From Callorhinchus milii (lineage: Eukaryota), in NCBI RefSeq assembly GCF_018977255.1, contig NW_024704743.1:40736001-40800000 (forward strand): DNA of 64,000 nt. Direction: 5' to 3'. Shown in pieces: positions 11,141-23,957 of this stretch. Each line of letters opens with the position of its first letter. Within the stretch, counting starts at the first letter, position 1. A program made the position numbers and the translations under genes. Under the pieces are notes generated by a model, which did not search any database, had not been told where the DNA came from, and saw only the letters and a list, made by a program, of their open reading frames with translations.

Positions 11141-13629
11141 TATTTATTTTATGATGTTTGCAGAATGGTATTTATTTTTTTCTAAAAAAAAGAAAAACAA
11201 CAGAAAATAGTTTTGGTAACAATCATGAGTTAAATCAGAGTTAGTTTGAAAGAGGGTTATGTTCATTACATAATGTGAATATACAAATATAGAATTATGA
11301 ATCTTTGCTCTGTTGAAAGGGAAAAGCAGTAGTACATGAGCAGAGATCTCAGGAAAGAACTAGTTACACAAATCAATACAATACAATACAAAATTACATT
11401 TGTATAGAGCATTTCAAGTCATGAGAACGTCCCACGGTGTTGGAGAGTCAGGGATGTGGACCCGAGTGTGTGTGGGGGCGGGGGGGAGGGGGAAGGGGGT
11501 TATTGGGGCAGGGTTGGGATCAGGGAGGGTGGAAGGCAGGTAGAGTAGCTGAAGGCATGTTAAACAACAACAGCAATTTATGTTGTGCAGCAATTTTCAC
11601 ATCAGGAGTACATTGCAAAGCATTTCACACAATTGGCTAGGAATCCAAGCTAGCGATTGGTGATTATTAATCAACTTTTCATTACAAATTTAAAACTATT
11701 TCATACTTCATATCGTCATGAATTAACACAGCAAATGAGTTAAGAAAGGTCTCAAATTTGACTTCATTGATCCTAAGACTAAGAGAGTGAGAAATGTGGA
11801 CCTCTGTGCATAATTATGGGCACCATTTTGTGCATCCCATTCTTTCAGGAAGTTGTGTTGGTCAATTCTAAAAACCTTAGTGAAGCACTGACCAATGTTA
11901 AAATAATAAAATAATAATAATAATTATTATTATTAATTATTATTAATGTTAGCTCCAACTAACCATTTCAACTCAAAACATTACCGCTTTCAGATAGTGG
12001 ATTATGAAAAAAAAATATTGTTTTAATAATTCATGTACAGTTTATTTAAATATTTCTATTATAATTTTTCCTTTATTCCTTGATTGTTATTTCTGATTAT
12101 GTTGGTGCAACTTACTATGACTTACTCAAAAGGTTAATTCTCTCAATCATTATGCTTACAAAAAGACTTTCAAATTTCTATCATTGGGCTTCCCACAGGA
12201 AAACAGAATGCAACATTTAGTATACTAATGATCTATGCAACACAGAACTGATTTAAGCTTTCCTTTGTAGGCTACACATCTGTACTTTGATTTAATGGAA
12301 AGAAGTGAAAGCACATTTAATTTATGGAAAGCTTGATCTTTTTCCAAACATTGTCAATTTACCACCAAAATTCAAAATTGCTCTTAGGATCTGATGCTTA
12401 TGGCACACTGACTTATTTTATTAGTAGATACAATCATAAAGCTCATGGCTAATAGTATTAGCGATACTCATCAACTTGAACTGCTCCCAAAATGTACAGT
12501 GCATTAAAGGCTAACAGACCATTCATATTAAATTAAACACAGTTTATTATGGTTTGTTAGTAATTTGCAAAAGTCGACAAAACAGGATTTGCAAGCTTGA
12601 AAGTCTGATGAAAATGACTAGCGGATATGGCTTAAAGAATTTACTAAGCTTCATAATTCAGCGTTTTGCACAAAGATAGAATGCCTTAGTTTTCTCTCCT
12701 AACAAATGTGTTTTTCTCCTTACTTTGAACGTGAGCGATGAGCTACCGATGGGAGAAGAACAAGGACATTTCATTGTACAGCTTTTGGTAAAACAAAAAA
12801 AAGACATTCATGCATAGCTACTGTGAGAATTGAAGATTATCACCTGATTCTTTTCTGCATCTGCACTTTGGTGGTTATTTCTGTGTGTGGTTTAAATGTC
12901 TAGGTATCATGTAAAAGTCTAGGTATCGTGTATTCAATTAGTATGGTAATGAGTGCAAAGCAATATTACTAGACCCTCTTTGCATGTGAGAAGCAATATT
13001 CTAACATGAGGAATTAATAATTCTCAAGGATACAATTATAGGATTTTGAAATTGTGCCTTAGTGGTTTATGTAAATCATGGCAACGCAACAGTGTGTAGT
13101 TGTTTAGTTCAGGGATAGCCCACTTGCTATTCAATGCACGGACCCATGGCCTGCAAGTTGGTCAACCCTGATTTAGACCATAGGGAACACATATATTGTT
13201 GGATTTCTGCTGTTCTTGGAGTAAGAAATACTGTGGGCTAAGCCATTGGTGCCATTGAAGATAAACCATCAGAACAAGACACTCAACTTTATAATAATAA
13301 CTTTAACTTTCTTTAATTAACTATCCTCACCCGCACCAAACTCTCCAGGCCCATTACTTCAATCTGTGCTGGGCTCCACTGGCTGCCTGACTCTAAAACG
13401 GTCGGCTTCAAGGTCTCACACTCACATATAAATTCCTTCAATTTCTGACATCTCCCTATCACTCTAATCTGCTTGCACCACAGTCCTCTGCCTGGCTCCT
13501 GTGTTTAATAAACTGTGTGAAGAGTACTTATATATAAGCAGGTTGTTGTTTACAACACTTTATTCTCTTAAAATTCAGCACAATAAGATTTAATATTACA
13601 CATAAATATAAGCAAACTGATTTTATATT

Positions 13630-13890
13630 TTAAAAAATCCACGCATTAATCTTTACATTAACTAACTTGCCCCATTGTTTATGAAACAATGTAGCATATT
13701 TCAAAATAAAAGCTGCAGTCGAGTTTACGTAATGTTGTCGCCTATTGTTATAATTCACATTTTGTTACACTGACAGACAGTCACGACCGTGTTTTGTGTG
13801 TTTTGTACACATTTGAATTTGCATAATGTAGTAGCTGTACAATGTCATAATTTGTCTAATGTTATGCAAATTTGCGATCCCAATTAACTA
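13630..13890. promoter_or_regulatory. Candidate enhancer: Sox/POU motif cluster with retained CpGs
   Basis: Inverted Sox pair cattgt-ttatgaa-acaatg (~13673-13691), ctattgtt, tgacag, atttgcat (~13817) and tgttatgcaaat (~13860). Confidence 0.4.
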
Positions 13891-13897
13891 AAGCTCA

Positions 13898-14230
13898 AAT
13901 AATAATAATAATAATAATAATAATAATCCTTGCATTTGATATAGCGCTTTTCACGTCGGGAGGACGTCCCAAAGCGCTTCACAGAATATACTGTAAAGTG
14001 AATTGACTGTATATTTGTGGGCGAACGCGGCAGCCAATTGCGCACAGCAATGTCCCACAAACAGTCGTAGATTGAAAATGACCAATTTATTATTGTTTTG
14101 GGTTTTTTGGAGGGATTATTATTAGGCGTGTGGAGTAAGGAAACTTGCCCAAGGTTTCGCCCTGCCTGGAATTGAACCCAGGTGTCTTGCTTGCAAAGCA
14201 AGTGCTCTAACCACTGAGCTACAGGACTCC
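13898..14230 (-). mobile_element. Full-length young tRNA-Ala SINE
   Basis: Near-identical to 9125-9459. Confidence 0.95.
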
Positions 14231-14329
14231 GTTAGTGTTACACCCAGGGGTGTAGGGCTGCTGGAGCGCGGTTCCTGCACCTGAAACCCAGAACAAAGAG
14301 TCAGGTGAGTTGACGTTTAACGACGATGG

Positions 14330-15540
14330 ATTGATGGAAGGAGGATGGTTCAATGAGAAGAGGCTGTTATGGTACAGGACTTACTTTACTTGATAACTTC
14401 CCAAAGGAAGGTGAAGTGCTAGTGAAGATAGTTCTTACCCTAAGTTCTTTGTAGAACCTTACAATTCAGTTCTAGCTAATTACTAGTAGAGGGTTGTGTG
14501 TGTGTATGTGGGTGGTTGTGCAATGTATCTGCTACAGTATTTCCAGCCCCTGAGCCTGTCGGGACTCACATTCCTGAAGTGGTGTTCCATGAATAGCAAT
14601 ATGTCAGGATGTGCAGAGGTAGATGGGCACAGTTACTACAACAGGGTGTGCAGAAGACACAGTGGAGGTTATTAGCTAAATTAGCTATCTCAGCTGCCTA
14701 CATAGCAATATTTACAATACTCTTCTAGGCTGCAAATGTCCATAAATTTACAACAATTTACATAGACTGTGCAGCATAGAAACAGGCCACTCAACCCAAC
14801 CGGCCTGTGTCAGTGTTTATACTCCATACAGAAAACAAGGGCATTATAAATAATAATAATAGTAATAATAATAATTTGATATAGCGTCTTACCATGTCTT
14901 CGAGACGTCTCAAAGCGTTTCACAGAATATACTGTAAGTGAATTGACTGTATATTTTGTGGGCGAAACGCAGTAGCCAATTCACACAGCAGTGTCCTGCA
15001 AACAGTCATAGATTGAGTGACCAATTTATTATTATTATTTATTTATTTTATTTATGAATGGTTTCAGCTGAGCCAAACTGACTACTTTCTATTGTCCTGG
15101 TGTAAAATGTTGTGGCGAAATGATTGGATGGTTATTAATTAGGACATTGACTGACTTGTAGGCAGAAAGTGTGTACACTTTCAGAGCTAAAACGTGTCGA
15201 CGCTGGTTGGGTTAGACAGGTGGCTGCTGAATAGTGGTGGTTTATTATTGAAAATCAGTCAGGACTGTTCCAGGATGATTGTTGACAGCAATTGGTTGCT
15301 GAATGGAGGTAGTTGCTTTAACAGGTTTGGCAGTAATAGGAAAAAGTAATAAGAGTCGCCACCCAATCCTATCTACCTCTCATTCCCTTCAATTCCCCTC
15401 TTCCTCATGTGAAAGTATAGCTTTGTCTTGAATATATCTATCTAAGATTCTGGAGGCTTTTGAACAAAGCATTCACATAAAGATTGTTTTGCTGACTGGT
15501 TTGGCATCCTGGATTGTCCTGATTGTCACTGAGAAGTATG
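14330..15540 (+). pseudogene. ERV gag relic
   Basis: FPKEG (14398-14412, MA); DWMVI (15122) and AESVYTFR (~15162, MHR-like); GL..VAEW; decayed CCHC knuckle (CFA..G(H)W..DC, 15485-15526). Interrupted by a CR1 tail and a SINE at ~14755-15050. Confidence 0.5.
14848..15050 (-). mobile_element. 5'-truncated tRNA-Ala SINE
   Basis: SINE body and tail only. Confidence 0.85.
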
Positions 15541-17846
15541 GAATCTCTGAAACACAGACAGCCCTAAATTGACGTTTTAATTTGAATGTGGATCTGTGTC
15601 ATAAATCAAACTGAGATTGACTTTAGCACTTTTCGTCAAACCCTAGAATTTCTTGCAGACTTCGCTATCAGCTTCTCCACAACATTTAGTAGATCTTCTA
15701 TTTCCCTTAGGGCCTTTTCCTGTTGTCCCCAGCAGCTGCCATCAGACCAAGTAGGCTTTGGTGATTCTACATAATTGCATCTATCAGCACTGTCATAACA
15801 TTCTTAAGCCTTAAAACACGAAATATTCAAGAAAAAACTGAAAACACACTAACTTACGAATGTTTGAGAGGCCACTTCTTGACAGCACCACTTCTAGTCC
15901 ACGAGCCACAGGTTGGCCACCACTGGTTTAAAGTCTAATTCAAAGGACAGCACTTGTAACAATGCATTGCACTGCAGTGTCAGCCATGACTTTCAGCTCC
16001 AAATGACTGAACTGATTCCTTCCCACAAAGAGTTATCAAGATGTGGAATGTTCTACTCCAAAAATTTGTTGAGGTGGAATCAAAATGCATGTTTAAAAGG
16101 GAGATAGAAAACATGTTTTTTTGATCAGCCAGGTGTCAAATGCAGAAACCCATCACCACATTTAAGACTACCCAAACCAAACTGAGATTTCCATGCATCC
16201 CACCTACACATGGAAATCCCAGCGATAGATTGTTAGAATACAATGCTCACTCTCTACCTGGAGGAACACATCCTGCTTATCTAATTCCAGAAAGTATTAG
16301 GTGCAGGTTGGCAAGAGCCAAGGCTTGGGCACCCCAAAGTGTGCATTGGGATACTGCTGGAGTCTAACCAGCAAAAAATACATAGCTTGCCATTGATAAT
16401 GTCATCCAGCAAGCTATCCCATTGCTTTTCCAGCTAGGACCACCCTACCCATTAAGGCTTTGGCTTGCAAGGTTAACGGAAGCTGAGTGGGATGGCTCCT
16501 CCAGGAACTGATCTGCCCTTCTGAGCCAGGCTGGCTGTGCCTCAGCTGTGTTATCAGCAGTGCCCTGAAATATTGTGAACTTGGACTACCGAGACCACCG
16601 CAGAGGGCTGGCTCATTCCTGATATTCCATTGTCAGACATGCCAACTTGGAGCCAGTTCAGCTTCAAGGTGATCCAGCTTACCTCCCCCACCCCCAGGAG
16701 TATCATCACTAGTTGGTCATTTGGCATCCGACAAGCAGGTTTGAGCCCTCATTAGGTGAATGGTAGGTGCAATGAACTCCCCTCGAGGTTCCTGGTGGGT
16801 AACACATGTCAGCATGAAATAGGTGACAAAAACTTGGATATTAGAGCTACTTTAAGGGGTCTCACAAAATCCTTTTAAAAAAAAATGCTGCAATCTGCTA
16901 ACTGGTGAGCAGTGTCAATGCAATGGGAAAAATTTATATCTCTCTTTGGATCCGACTGCCAGCTTGGGTCCGAAATATTGATTGTCCAGCACTTTGGGCC
17001 ATCATCCCGACATGAAAGGCGCTATACAAATGTAATTTTGTTGTTGCTTGCAATGCCAATGTCACTTAATTTCTTCCCATGCCCGCTGTCTCAATTGTTC
17101 TGTTGTATTTGAGAGATTTTATATAAATCTAGCAAGTTAAGGATTCATTCCAGGGGAAAATAATGCGATTTTCAATTTCTCCCAATTTGGATTAAAATTA
17201 AAGATGCCCTACTGGGGACCTTCAGCCGCCACTCAGCAGAATTTGTCTCCAAAGTCAGAACACATCTCTTCACATGGATACTTGTGAGAATGTGGAATGC
17301 ACTATCTCAGAGGGCCAAAGGCACTGAATCAATTTACATGTTTAATGGAACATAGGCAGATACGTACAGGAATGTACAGATGAGATGCTCTTGTGCATGA
17401 TGAGTGCTATATAAAAGCAAATTGTTGTTGTATTGAAATCTCTGGATTAAAATATCTGCCACCTTCTAATAAAATGGCAGAACATGCTAAAATGGCCTAC
17501 TCCTGCTTGTATGTTTCCACACTAGAAAGGGGGAATAGATACTTGAAAAGAGAGTTCACCAATGGAGAGGGAGAAGCCAACTGTGGAATTGTCATTGGGA
17601 ATAAAAGAATATTACAATATAAATATAGTGCCTTTCATGTTGGGAGGATGTCTCAATGGACTAGACAGTTTAAGAATTGGTAACATTCTGCACTCAATGA
17701 AATGCTAAGAAAATATTCCAAGTCTATATCCAGATGATATTGTTCCCTGGGATGTATAAAATTCAGTAGGAAACTGAACCTCTCCTCAGGTTTGCACATG
17801 GAGCTGTGGGTGAGAGATGAGGGGGTGGGAGATGAGAGGATGGGTG

Positions 17847-18395
17847 AACAACAACAACAACAACAAGATTCCATTTATAAAGCGCCTTTCACGTCAGCAG
17901 GACGTCCCAAGGCGCTGCACAGTTGGGTCATGACCCGAGCAGGGGGGAAATGGTCAGGGTGAGGGGAGGGGAGGGAGGGAGCGAGGAGGGGGAAATGGTC
18001 AGGGCGAGGGGAGGGAAGGGAGGGAGCGAGGAGGGGGGAAATGGTCAGGGTGAGGGGAGGGAATTGAGGGAGCGAGGAGGGGGAAGAGAGTCGAGAGGGG
18101 AGCTGAAGGCACGGTCAAAGAGAAAGGTTTTGAGACTGGCCTTGAAGGAGGAAAGGGAGGAAGCACTGCAAAGGCACTGGGGGATGGAGTTCCAGAGCCT
18201 AGGGGCTGAGAGGCTGAAAGCCCGACCACCGATGGTAGGGCGATTGGGGCGGGGGACGTGGAGCAGACCGGAGCCAGAGGAACGGAGGGTACGGGCAGGT
18301 AGGTAGGGGGATAGTAGGTTGGAGAGGTAGGAGGGAGCAAGGCTGTGAATGGCCTTGTAGGTGAGGATGAGGATCTTGAAATCAATCCTCTGGGG
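17847..18395 (-). mobile_element. Young L2 3' end with a triplicated ~46-bp G-rich unit
   Basis: PQRIDFKILILTYKAIHSLAPSYL...LWNSIP..FKASLKTFLF; (caa)n tail. Confidence 0.93.
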
Positions 18396-19264
18396 TGAAG
18401 AGGGCAAACGTGTGGTCTAAGAGGAATGTCTTGAGGAAAGCAACGGGTTTCTTTCAGTGAATTATTTTTTTCTATTTCATATCCAGACCCATCGTTTACT
18501 GGTGGTAACCCACCTCAGAATATTGTTACACTGCCTTCTGTGGATATGAGTGAAAACCTTGTGTGTTCTAAAGAACAGAATTGCAGGTTGCAAGTAACAA
18601 CAAAGATGTTTAAATACTGTATTCAAGAAACATAGGGGCAAATACGCAATATCAGATTGCATTTTTCAACCTCTGCTGGATTGGTAGAGAATATGGAGTT
18701 CAACAGATTAATGTTGCGCAATGCAGTTTGTAACATTACATTAGTTCCTGCATTTGTACCAAGGAAATGTTAGGGATCAGTGAACAATTTCACCAGCATT
18801 TTTAATATTGAAAGCTATTCTTGTGGGCATTCATCTCCTCCTGGAGATAAACCAGCAAGATTGTAAACAGTAGGCTCAATTATACATGATTTATGTATAA
18901 AATTAGATTAATCTCCTGAATGGTCTATTTGCATTCCAGATTCTTTTGTGTTCTTATGTTTTTAAATGCCTGCTTGCTTCAAGCACAATTAGAATTACAG
19001 CATATTAACTGGCTCCTAAATGATTCCATTGCCTACAGTTCTTCAAGAGAACTAAATGAGGAGTGTAAACACTGGCATGGACCAGTTGGGCCGAGTGGCT
19101 GTTTGAGTGCTGTACGGATATGTAAATCTTTGTAAATGCAGACTATCAATCCAAGAATGAAATGCTAAACCATTTACCTGGGTTCTATTACTCAGCTCAC
19201 ATTAAATGCATTGCCAGACTTTTCCAAGAACTAGAAGCAAATTTTAGAAGTCAAATTGCATCTG

Positions 19265-19633
19265 TGCAAATTGCATTTTGTATATTTTGGAATATTTTGT
19301 AGGCAAACGGAGGAGTCAGTTAGCACGCAGCAATGTCCCACAGACAGTTGTAAAGTGAACTGCCAATCTTATTTGGGGGATTAATGGCCAGGACCGGGAG
19401 AAACTCCCTTCTTTTTTCCAATAGTACCATTGATCGTTTAACATCTATCTGCAAAAAAGTAGATGGAACCTCAGTTAATGTCTCATCAGAAGGACAGCGC
19501 CTCAAACAATGTAGCGCTCCACTAATATTGTATTGTGTCATCCTACACTGCGAGCTTAAAGTTCTGATATGAGGTTTGAACCCATAACCTTCTGACTCAG
19601 AGGTGAGCATGCTATCTAAGGCAAGCTGAGACC
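19265..19633 (-). mobile_element. Near full-length Deu-domain SINE inserted in ERV RNase H
   Basis: tRNA-like head (tctgagtcagaaggttatgggttcaaa on -), Deu core (tgagacattaactgagg), and shared body ctgtgggacattgctgc. Confidence 0.8.
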
Positions 19634-19685
19634 ATGAAGCAACTTCCTTAACCACTGCAAAATGTCTATCAAAAGGCATGATTTA

Positions 19686-20013
19686 TAATAATAATAATAA
19701 TAATAATCCTTGCATTTGATATAGCACTTTTCACGTCGGGAGGACGTCCCAAAGCGCTTCACAGAACACACTGTAAAGTGAATTGACTGTATATTTGTGG
19801 GCGAACGCGGCAGCCAATTGCGCACAGCAATGTCCCACAAACAGTCGTGTATTTAAAATGACCAATTTATTATTGGTTTTTTTTGGTTTTTGGAGGGATT
19901 ATTATTAGGCGTGTGGAGTAAGGAAACTTGCCCAAGGTTTCGCCCTGCCTGGAATTGAACTCAGGTCTCTCACTTGCAAAGCGAGTGCTCTAACCACTGA
20001 GCTACAGGACTCC
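19686..20013 (-). mobile_element. Full-length young tRNA-Ala SINE
   Basis: Near-identical to 9125-9459. Confidence 0.95.
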
Positions 20014-21579
20014 ACGTGTAATAGTGTAAAGTTAAATTTGTTGCTAAACAAGCAGGAATTTCATTTTATGAAGAGTGGAATTGTCAATTATTCTTGGACT
20101 CTGAGCATTTAATCTTAAAAGATTAAAGCTATATATAGTTTATAAAAAGAGTGGGTAGATCAGTGGGGTGGACAAGAGCAAGAGGTCAATGTCTCAACAT
20201 GGAGGGACTCGTGCATAGAAGCATTGGCAGTGAAAGGACATGTTACTTACAAACCAGAGAGTTGCTTCATGGTTCGACTCATTGTAGTTGGAGATGATTT
20301 TGTAAAGATAATGGTGATCTGGGGAAAATCTATAAGGGAGTTTATTTCTAAGAACCCAACTTGCATCAATTGCTTCAAGTTAGTCACTGGCTAACTTGAT
20401 TTATGTTGTGTATCTCATCGGTTCTTCAATTATTCAAGCACTAAGTTTAAATAGATGGATATTTGCCAGTTCATTTGGGACAGCCTTTCCCTGTGGCTAA
20501 CAATAACTGGACTGAGTACTCAAATATCTACAGAATAGTACACAGTCAGGCATTGGTGAGATTCACATCAAGGAATTCTAGAAAATTTGATTGAGGAGTG
20601 ACATGCATTACTCACATACACTGCTGTGTCATCAAAAGACCATAAAATTAGAGATTATGTTACTGAAATCATTCACTTAAAATAACAACTAGTTTTAAGC
20701 AACATCTCATTATTTTGTAAACAAAGAATTTATTGTTATTTGTTTTGTGTGTGACTTGTGGAACCCTTTTTCTCATGAGAGTCTTGGCTTGGTTTAGGAT
20801 AATGTGTTACCAGCTCTAAGTCATGCTTACCTAGTTGGTTGAAGACCATTGTTAGAAGGTACTGTTATCATTTGAGAAACAGTTGACTTATCTACCTGAA
20901 CACTCAAATCACCTTGTTCATATGTTCTGGTACTATAAATATAAAATGGTTTCTGAGATCCTCATCTTTTGGTGGGTAAATGGCCACCAACTGTGTTGAT
21001 TTTACCAAGGAGGTGCTCGGGTTTTAGTAGTGTGAAGGTTTGGATGAGAGCATATCTTTGCTCATTCACAGGTTTTTGATTTTCTCATGCAAAGGTGGCT
21101 TCCTGAGGCAAACTGCCCAGATCTGTCAAGGTGATGTGTAACACGGCTCCGCTATTGGCACAAATTCTGCAAAGGTGGTGGGGGAAGGATGGGGGGGGAG
21201 GGTTAGCATTGTGAATTTTGGTGAAACATAAGATGTGAAAGTCAAATGAACTTTAAAATAAAAGACAGGAAGATTCACAAATGATACATTTAATAAATCA
21301 AGGCAGGTCACAAGTCTCCCCAGAACTGACATATGGGGTCATCTCACAGTGGCTGTCAAATTTCCCATTTAAGTAAGCTTTCAAGTTCCCATTTACAATG
21401 AGCCACAAAACATCAATTCAGACTGTAAAAGGTTAAGCATAAGATAATATCCATTTAGCTTGGCTGACAACTTAAACTGATATTTACAAAGCTACCAACT
21501 GAGGTTTACAACCCGAGCATTCTCATTCAATCTGTGCACTAGCATTTTTGCTTGTCAATAGTCAACTGCTTTACAGCAG

Positions 21580-22200
21580 CAAAACCAGAGATAGGAAACA
21601 ACTCAGTGTAGCTAATTTCCAGTGTAATTATCCTGCTTCAATTGCTGAGTTAGATTGACAGTGTGACGTACAGAATGTAGATGTTTTAAACAATTTTTTT
21701 TAACTTTTGAGAATTATTTCCTGTGTTTACATTGTTCAATCCACAGGATTTTAGTAAGCATAGTTTTGCTTCAATGCACTTGAAATATTTGACTCTAGCA
21801 AAGAAGTCAAGTGAATCTAAAAGCTTTTGTCTGGCTCATTGAATGAGGATGGGGTTAGAAACCATCAAACCCATATTATTTGGTCTTAAGAACAAGGGAG
21901 TGTTTGCTGTCATTGCCATGTTTATGAATATCCATTACAGGCAGATGTGGTTAAACCATCTGCTTGAAAGATTGATGACCAAGATAACAAGAGTATACCG
22001 CCTTCAGACAGAAACTGAAAGGTTATTTATGGACACTGAAGCTCTGATGACTGAAAAGATCATCTTTTTCCAACTTGGAACACTAAATGAATACCAATAC
22101 AACACATTCCCTCAACTGGCGGTCTAAGTGGATTCTTCAGGCAGCCCTCAACCAATGCAATCTCATTCCTAAGACTGGAGCTATGAAAAACATGTGAAGG
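21580..22200 (+). pseudogene. ERV env TM relic (gamma-type immunosuppressive domain region)
   Basis: MRMGL/RNHQ..EQGSVC/AVIA (21843-21918) resembles LQNR..LD.LLAEQGGVCAVIG. It is followed by a heptad-like stretch and DD*KDHLFPTWNTK* (Trp-rich membrane-proximal region, 22047-22090). Confidence 0.5.
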
Positions 22201-22399
22201 CGCCCTATTATAGTAAAATTTATGTTGTACTCTCTTGCTCAGCATCTGATCCCTTCTCTGTGAAGACATCATTCTATGTGAAAGGCATTATAAAATTACA
22301 AATTGTTGCTTTTGTACATAACTTAGTAAAATAAAGTAAAAGATTTGTTATTTGAGAACAATAAACCACAATGAAATAGTTGAAAAGATATAATAATTT

Positions 22400-22578
22400 A
22401 ATAATAATAATCTTTGCATTTGATATAGCACTTTATAATGTCTTTGAGACGTCTTAAAGCTCTTCACACTATATATTGTAAAGTGATTTGGCTGTATATT
22501 TTGTGGGAAAAATGCAGCAGCCAATTGCATACAGCAGTGTCCCACAAACAGTTATGGATTGAGCGACCAATTATTATT
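22400..22578 (-). mobile_element. 5'-truncated SINE
   Basis: Body and tail of the tRNA-Ala family, diverged. Confidence 0.8.
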
Positions 22579-22599
22579 TTTTAAAATCCTTTAAAAGGT

Positions 22600-22735
22600 C
22601 AGGGTATTAAGAGATATGAGGAGAAAGTAGGAAATTGAAAGGATTAGTTGAGATACAGATCAGCCATGATCTAATTGAATGTTGGAACAGGCTCGCAGGG
22701 CTGAATGGCCTCTCCTGTTTCCAAGTTCCTATGTT
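22600..22735 (+). mobile_element. CR1 3' end
   Basis: gatcagccatgatctaattgaatg..gggctgaatggcc. Confidence 0.8.
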
Positions 22736-22983
22736 GCTATAGTGGGAATCCTTCTGTGCTGTAATTTCTATGATTCATATATGTAACAGGATAAGATTTG
22801 TGGCATTTTGGGAACACTTTGAGCAATGGAAGATATCAAGTAAAAGTGAAAACAGCACCTTGGAAAAGCATCTAAAGAAACAACTTAAGTGTGTGAAGTG
22901 GAGATAGGGGGTGGAAGGAGGCGAAGGAAGAACAAGAATGTAGTACCTGACGGTAGTTTAAACATGCCTTACATTTTTGCATC

Positions 22984-23335
22984 CTGTCTCAATTGGTAGT
23001 ACTCTCGCATCTGAGTCAGAAGGTTGTGAGTTCAAACCGCACCTCAGGACTTGGAACTGAGAATGTGCTGAATTGTCAAGAGATGCTGTCCTTCAGATGA
23101 GATTTTGAAACAAGGCCCAGAAGTGCCCAATTCAAAAAGAGAAGGAATTTTCCCAGTGTCTTGGCCAAATACCCAGAATAAAATTAATTATTCACTTCAT
23201 GGCTATTTGTGGGACATTGTTTTGCACAAAATGGGTGTTGAATTCCCCTACAAACACACAGTCACTACACTTTATAGGATATCCTATGAAGTCCTTTGAG
23301 ACTTCCTCCCAATATGAAACACACTGTAAGGTTAT
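22984..23335 (+). mobile_element. Deu-domain SINE, internally deleted
   Basis: ctcaattggtagtactctcgcatctgagtcagaaggttgtgagttcaaa head and cagatgagattttgaaac core. Confidence 0.75.
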
Positions 23336-23957
23336 TTATTATTGTTATATCCTTATTATACTGTGTTCAATATGAACATGATCACCTCAAATGCATTACA
23401 AAACACTGTAAATATCACCTCATTGTTTTCTTCCCCCATTATTTTCATGCCCCTGCCTCTAATTATATAGACCATGTTTTTGCTTCTTCTCTACTACAGT
23501 TGCTGATGCCATATCTCAAGGTGTTCTCATCCTCCACATGTGTTTCAGACATATTCATGCTGTTGTCTCAGTTTACATTTTTCAGCTTTTCGTGACTGCA
23601 GTTTCTACTCTTGTTGTACTGCACTCTCACCGGTAAGAACAGATTTTTCCTGCATCATCACATTGGCTTGTCTTTATTTCAGAGCTAAACACATTGTTTC
23701 ATTTGAGAAAAAAAAGAATAAAATATAATGTCTTCTTGATTGAACCCTGTGGATTATATTGTCACAGGCGAGACATTCAATCGAGGTACCGTCTGCCTGT
23801 TCAACTGGACATTAATGATCCCATAGCTACATTTAAAAAGAAAAGGAAGTTTTTTCCCAGGATATTGGTCAACACAAATTGATCATTCACTTCACTATCA
23901 ATATTATAATAATATTTTCTCTATTTGAAACGTGCAGGTCATGCATCACTAGTGCAT

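Larger units (their letters stand above)
15600..21090 (+). pseudogene. ERV pro-pol relic (PR, RT, connection, RNase H, IN)
   Basis: EFLADFAISFS (FLVDTGA-like, 15646); IKDA(Y)W (17197); LERGNR..; QMILFPGM/KFSRK (17731); THRLLVVTH..RIAG (18490-18590); TIYLGS..DFSKN*KQ (19169-19240); VAKQA (20040); EWVDQWGG..W..LHGSTHC (HX3H, 20265); IREFISKNPTC; HW(Q)LDF (20385); AFPC (20483); LK*QL; GTINIKWFLR (20929); EG..LIH. Confidence 0.65.
14300..22200 (+). mobile_element. Highly decayed class I (epsilon/gamma-like) endogenous retrovirus, gag-pro-pol-env; LTRs not identified
   Basis: Splice donor cag|gtgagt at 14305, then ordered decayed motifs for MA, CA, NC, PR, RT, RNase H, IN and TM on one strand (see sub-features). 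Confidence 0.65.

Noticed and set aside
13884..14201. Recurrent ORFs ending in poly-Tyr or poly-Ile (KCKDYYYY)
   Set aside because: Translations of the SINE (TAT)n tail.
15640..15805. Minus-strand frame WGQQEKALREIEDLL as an exon or RT connection
   Set aside because: It is antisense to the protease motif that fits the ordered plus-strand provirus.
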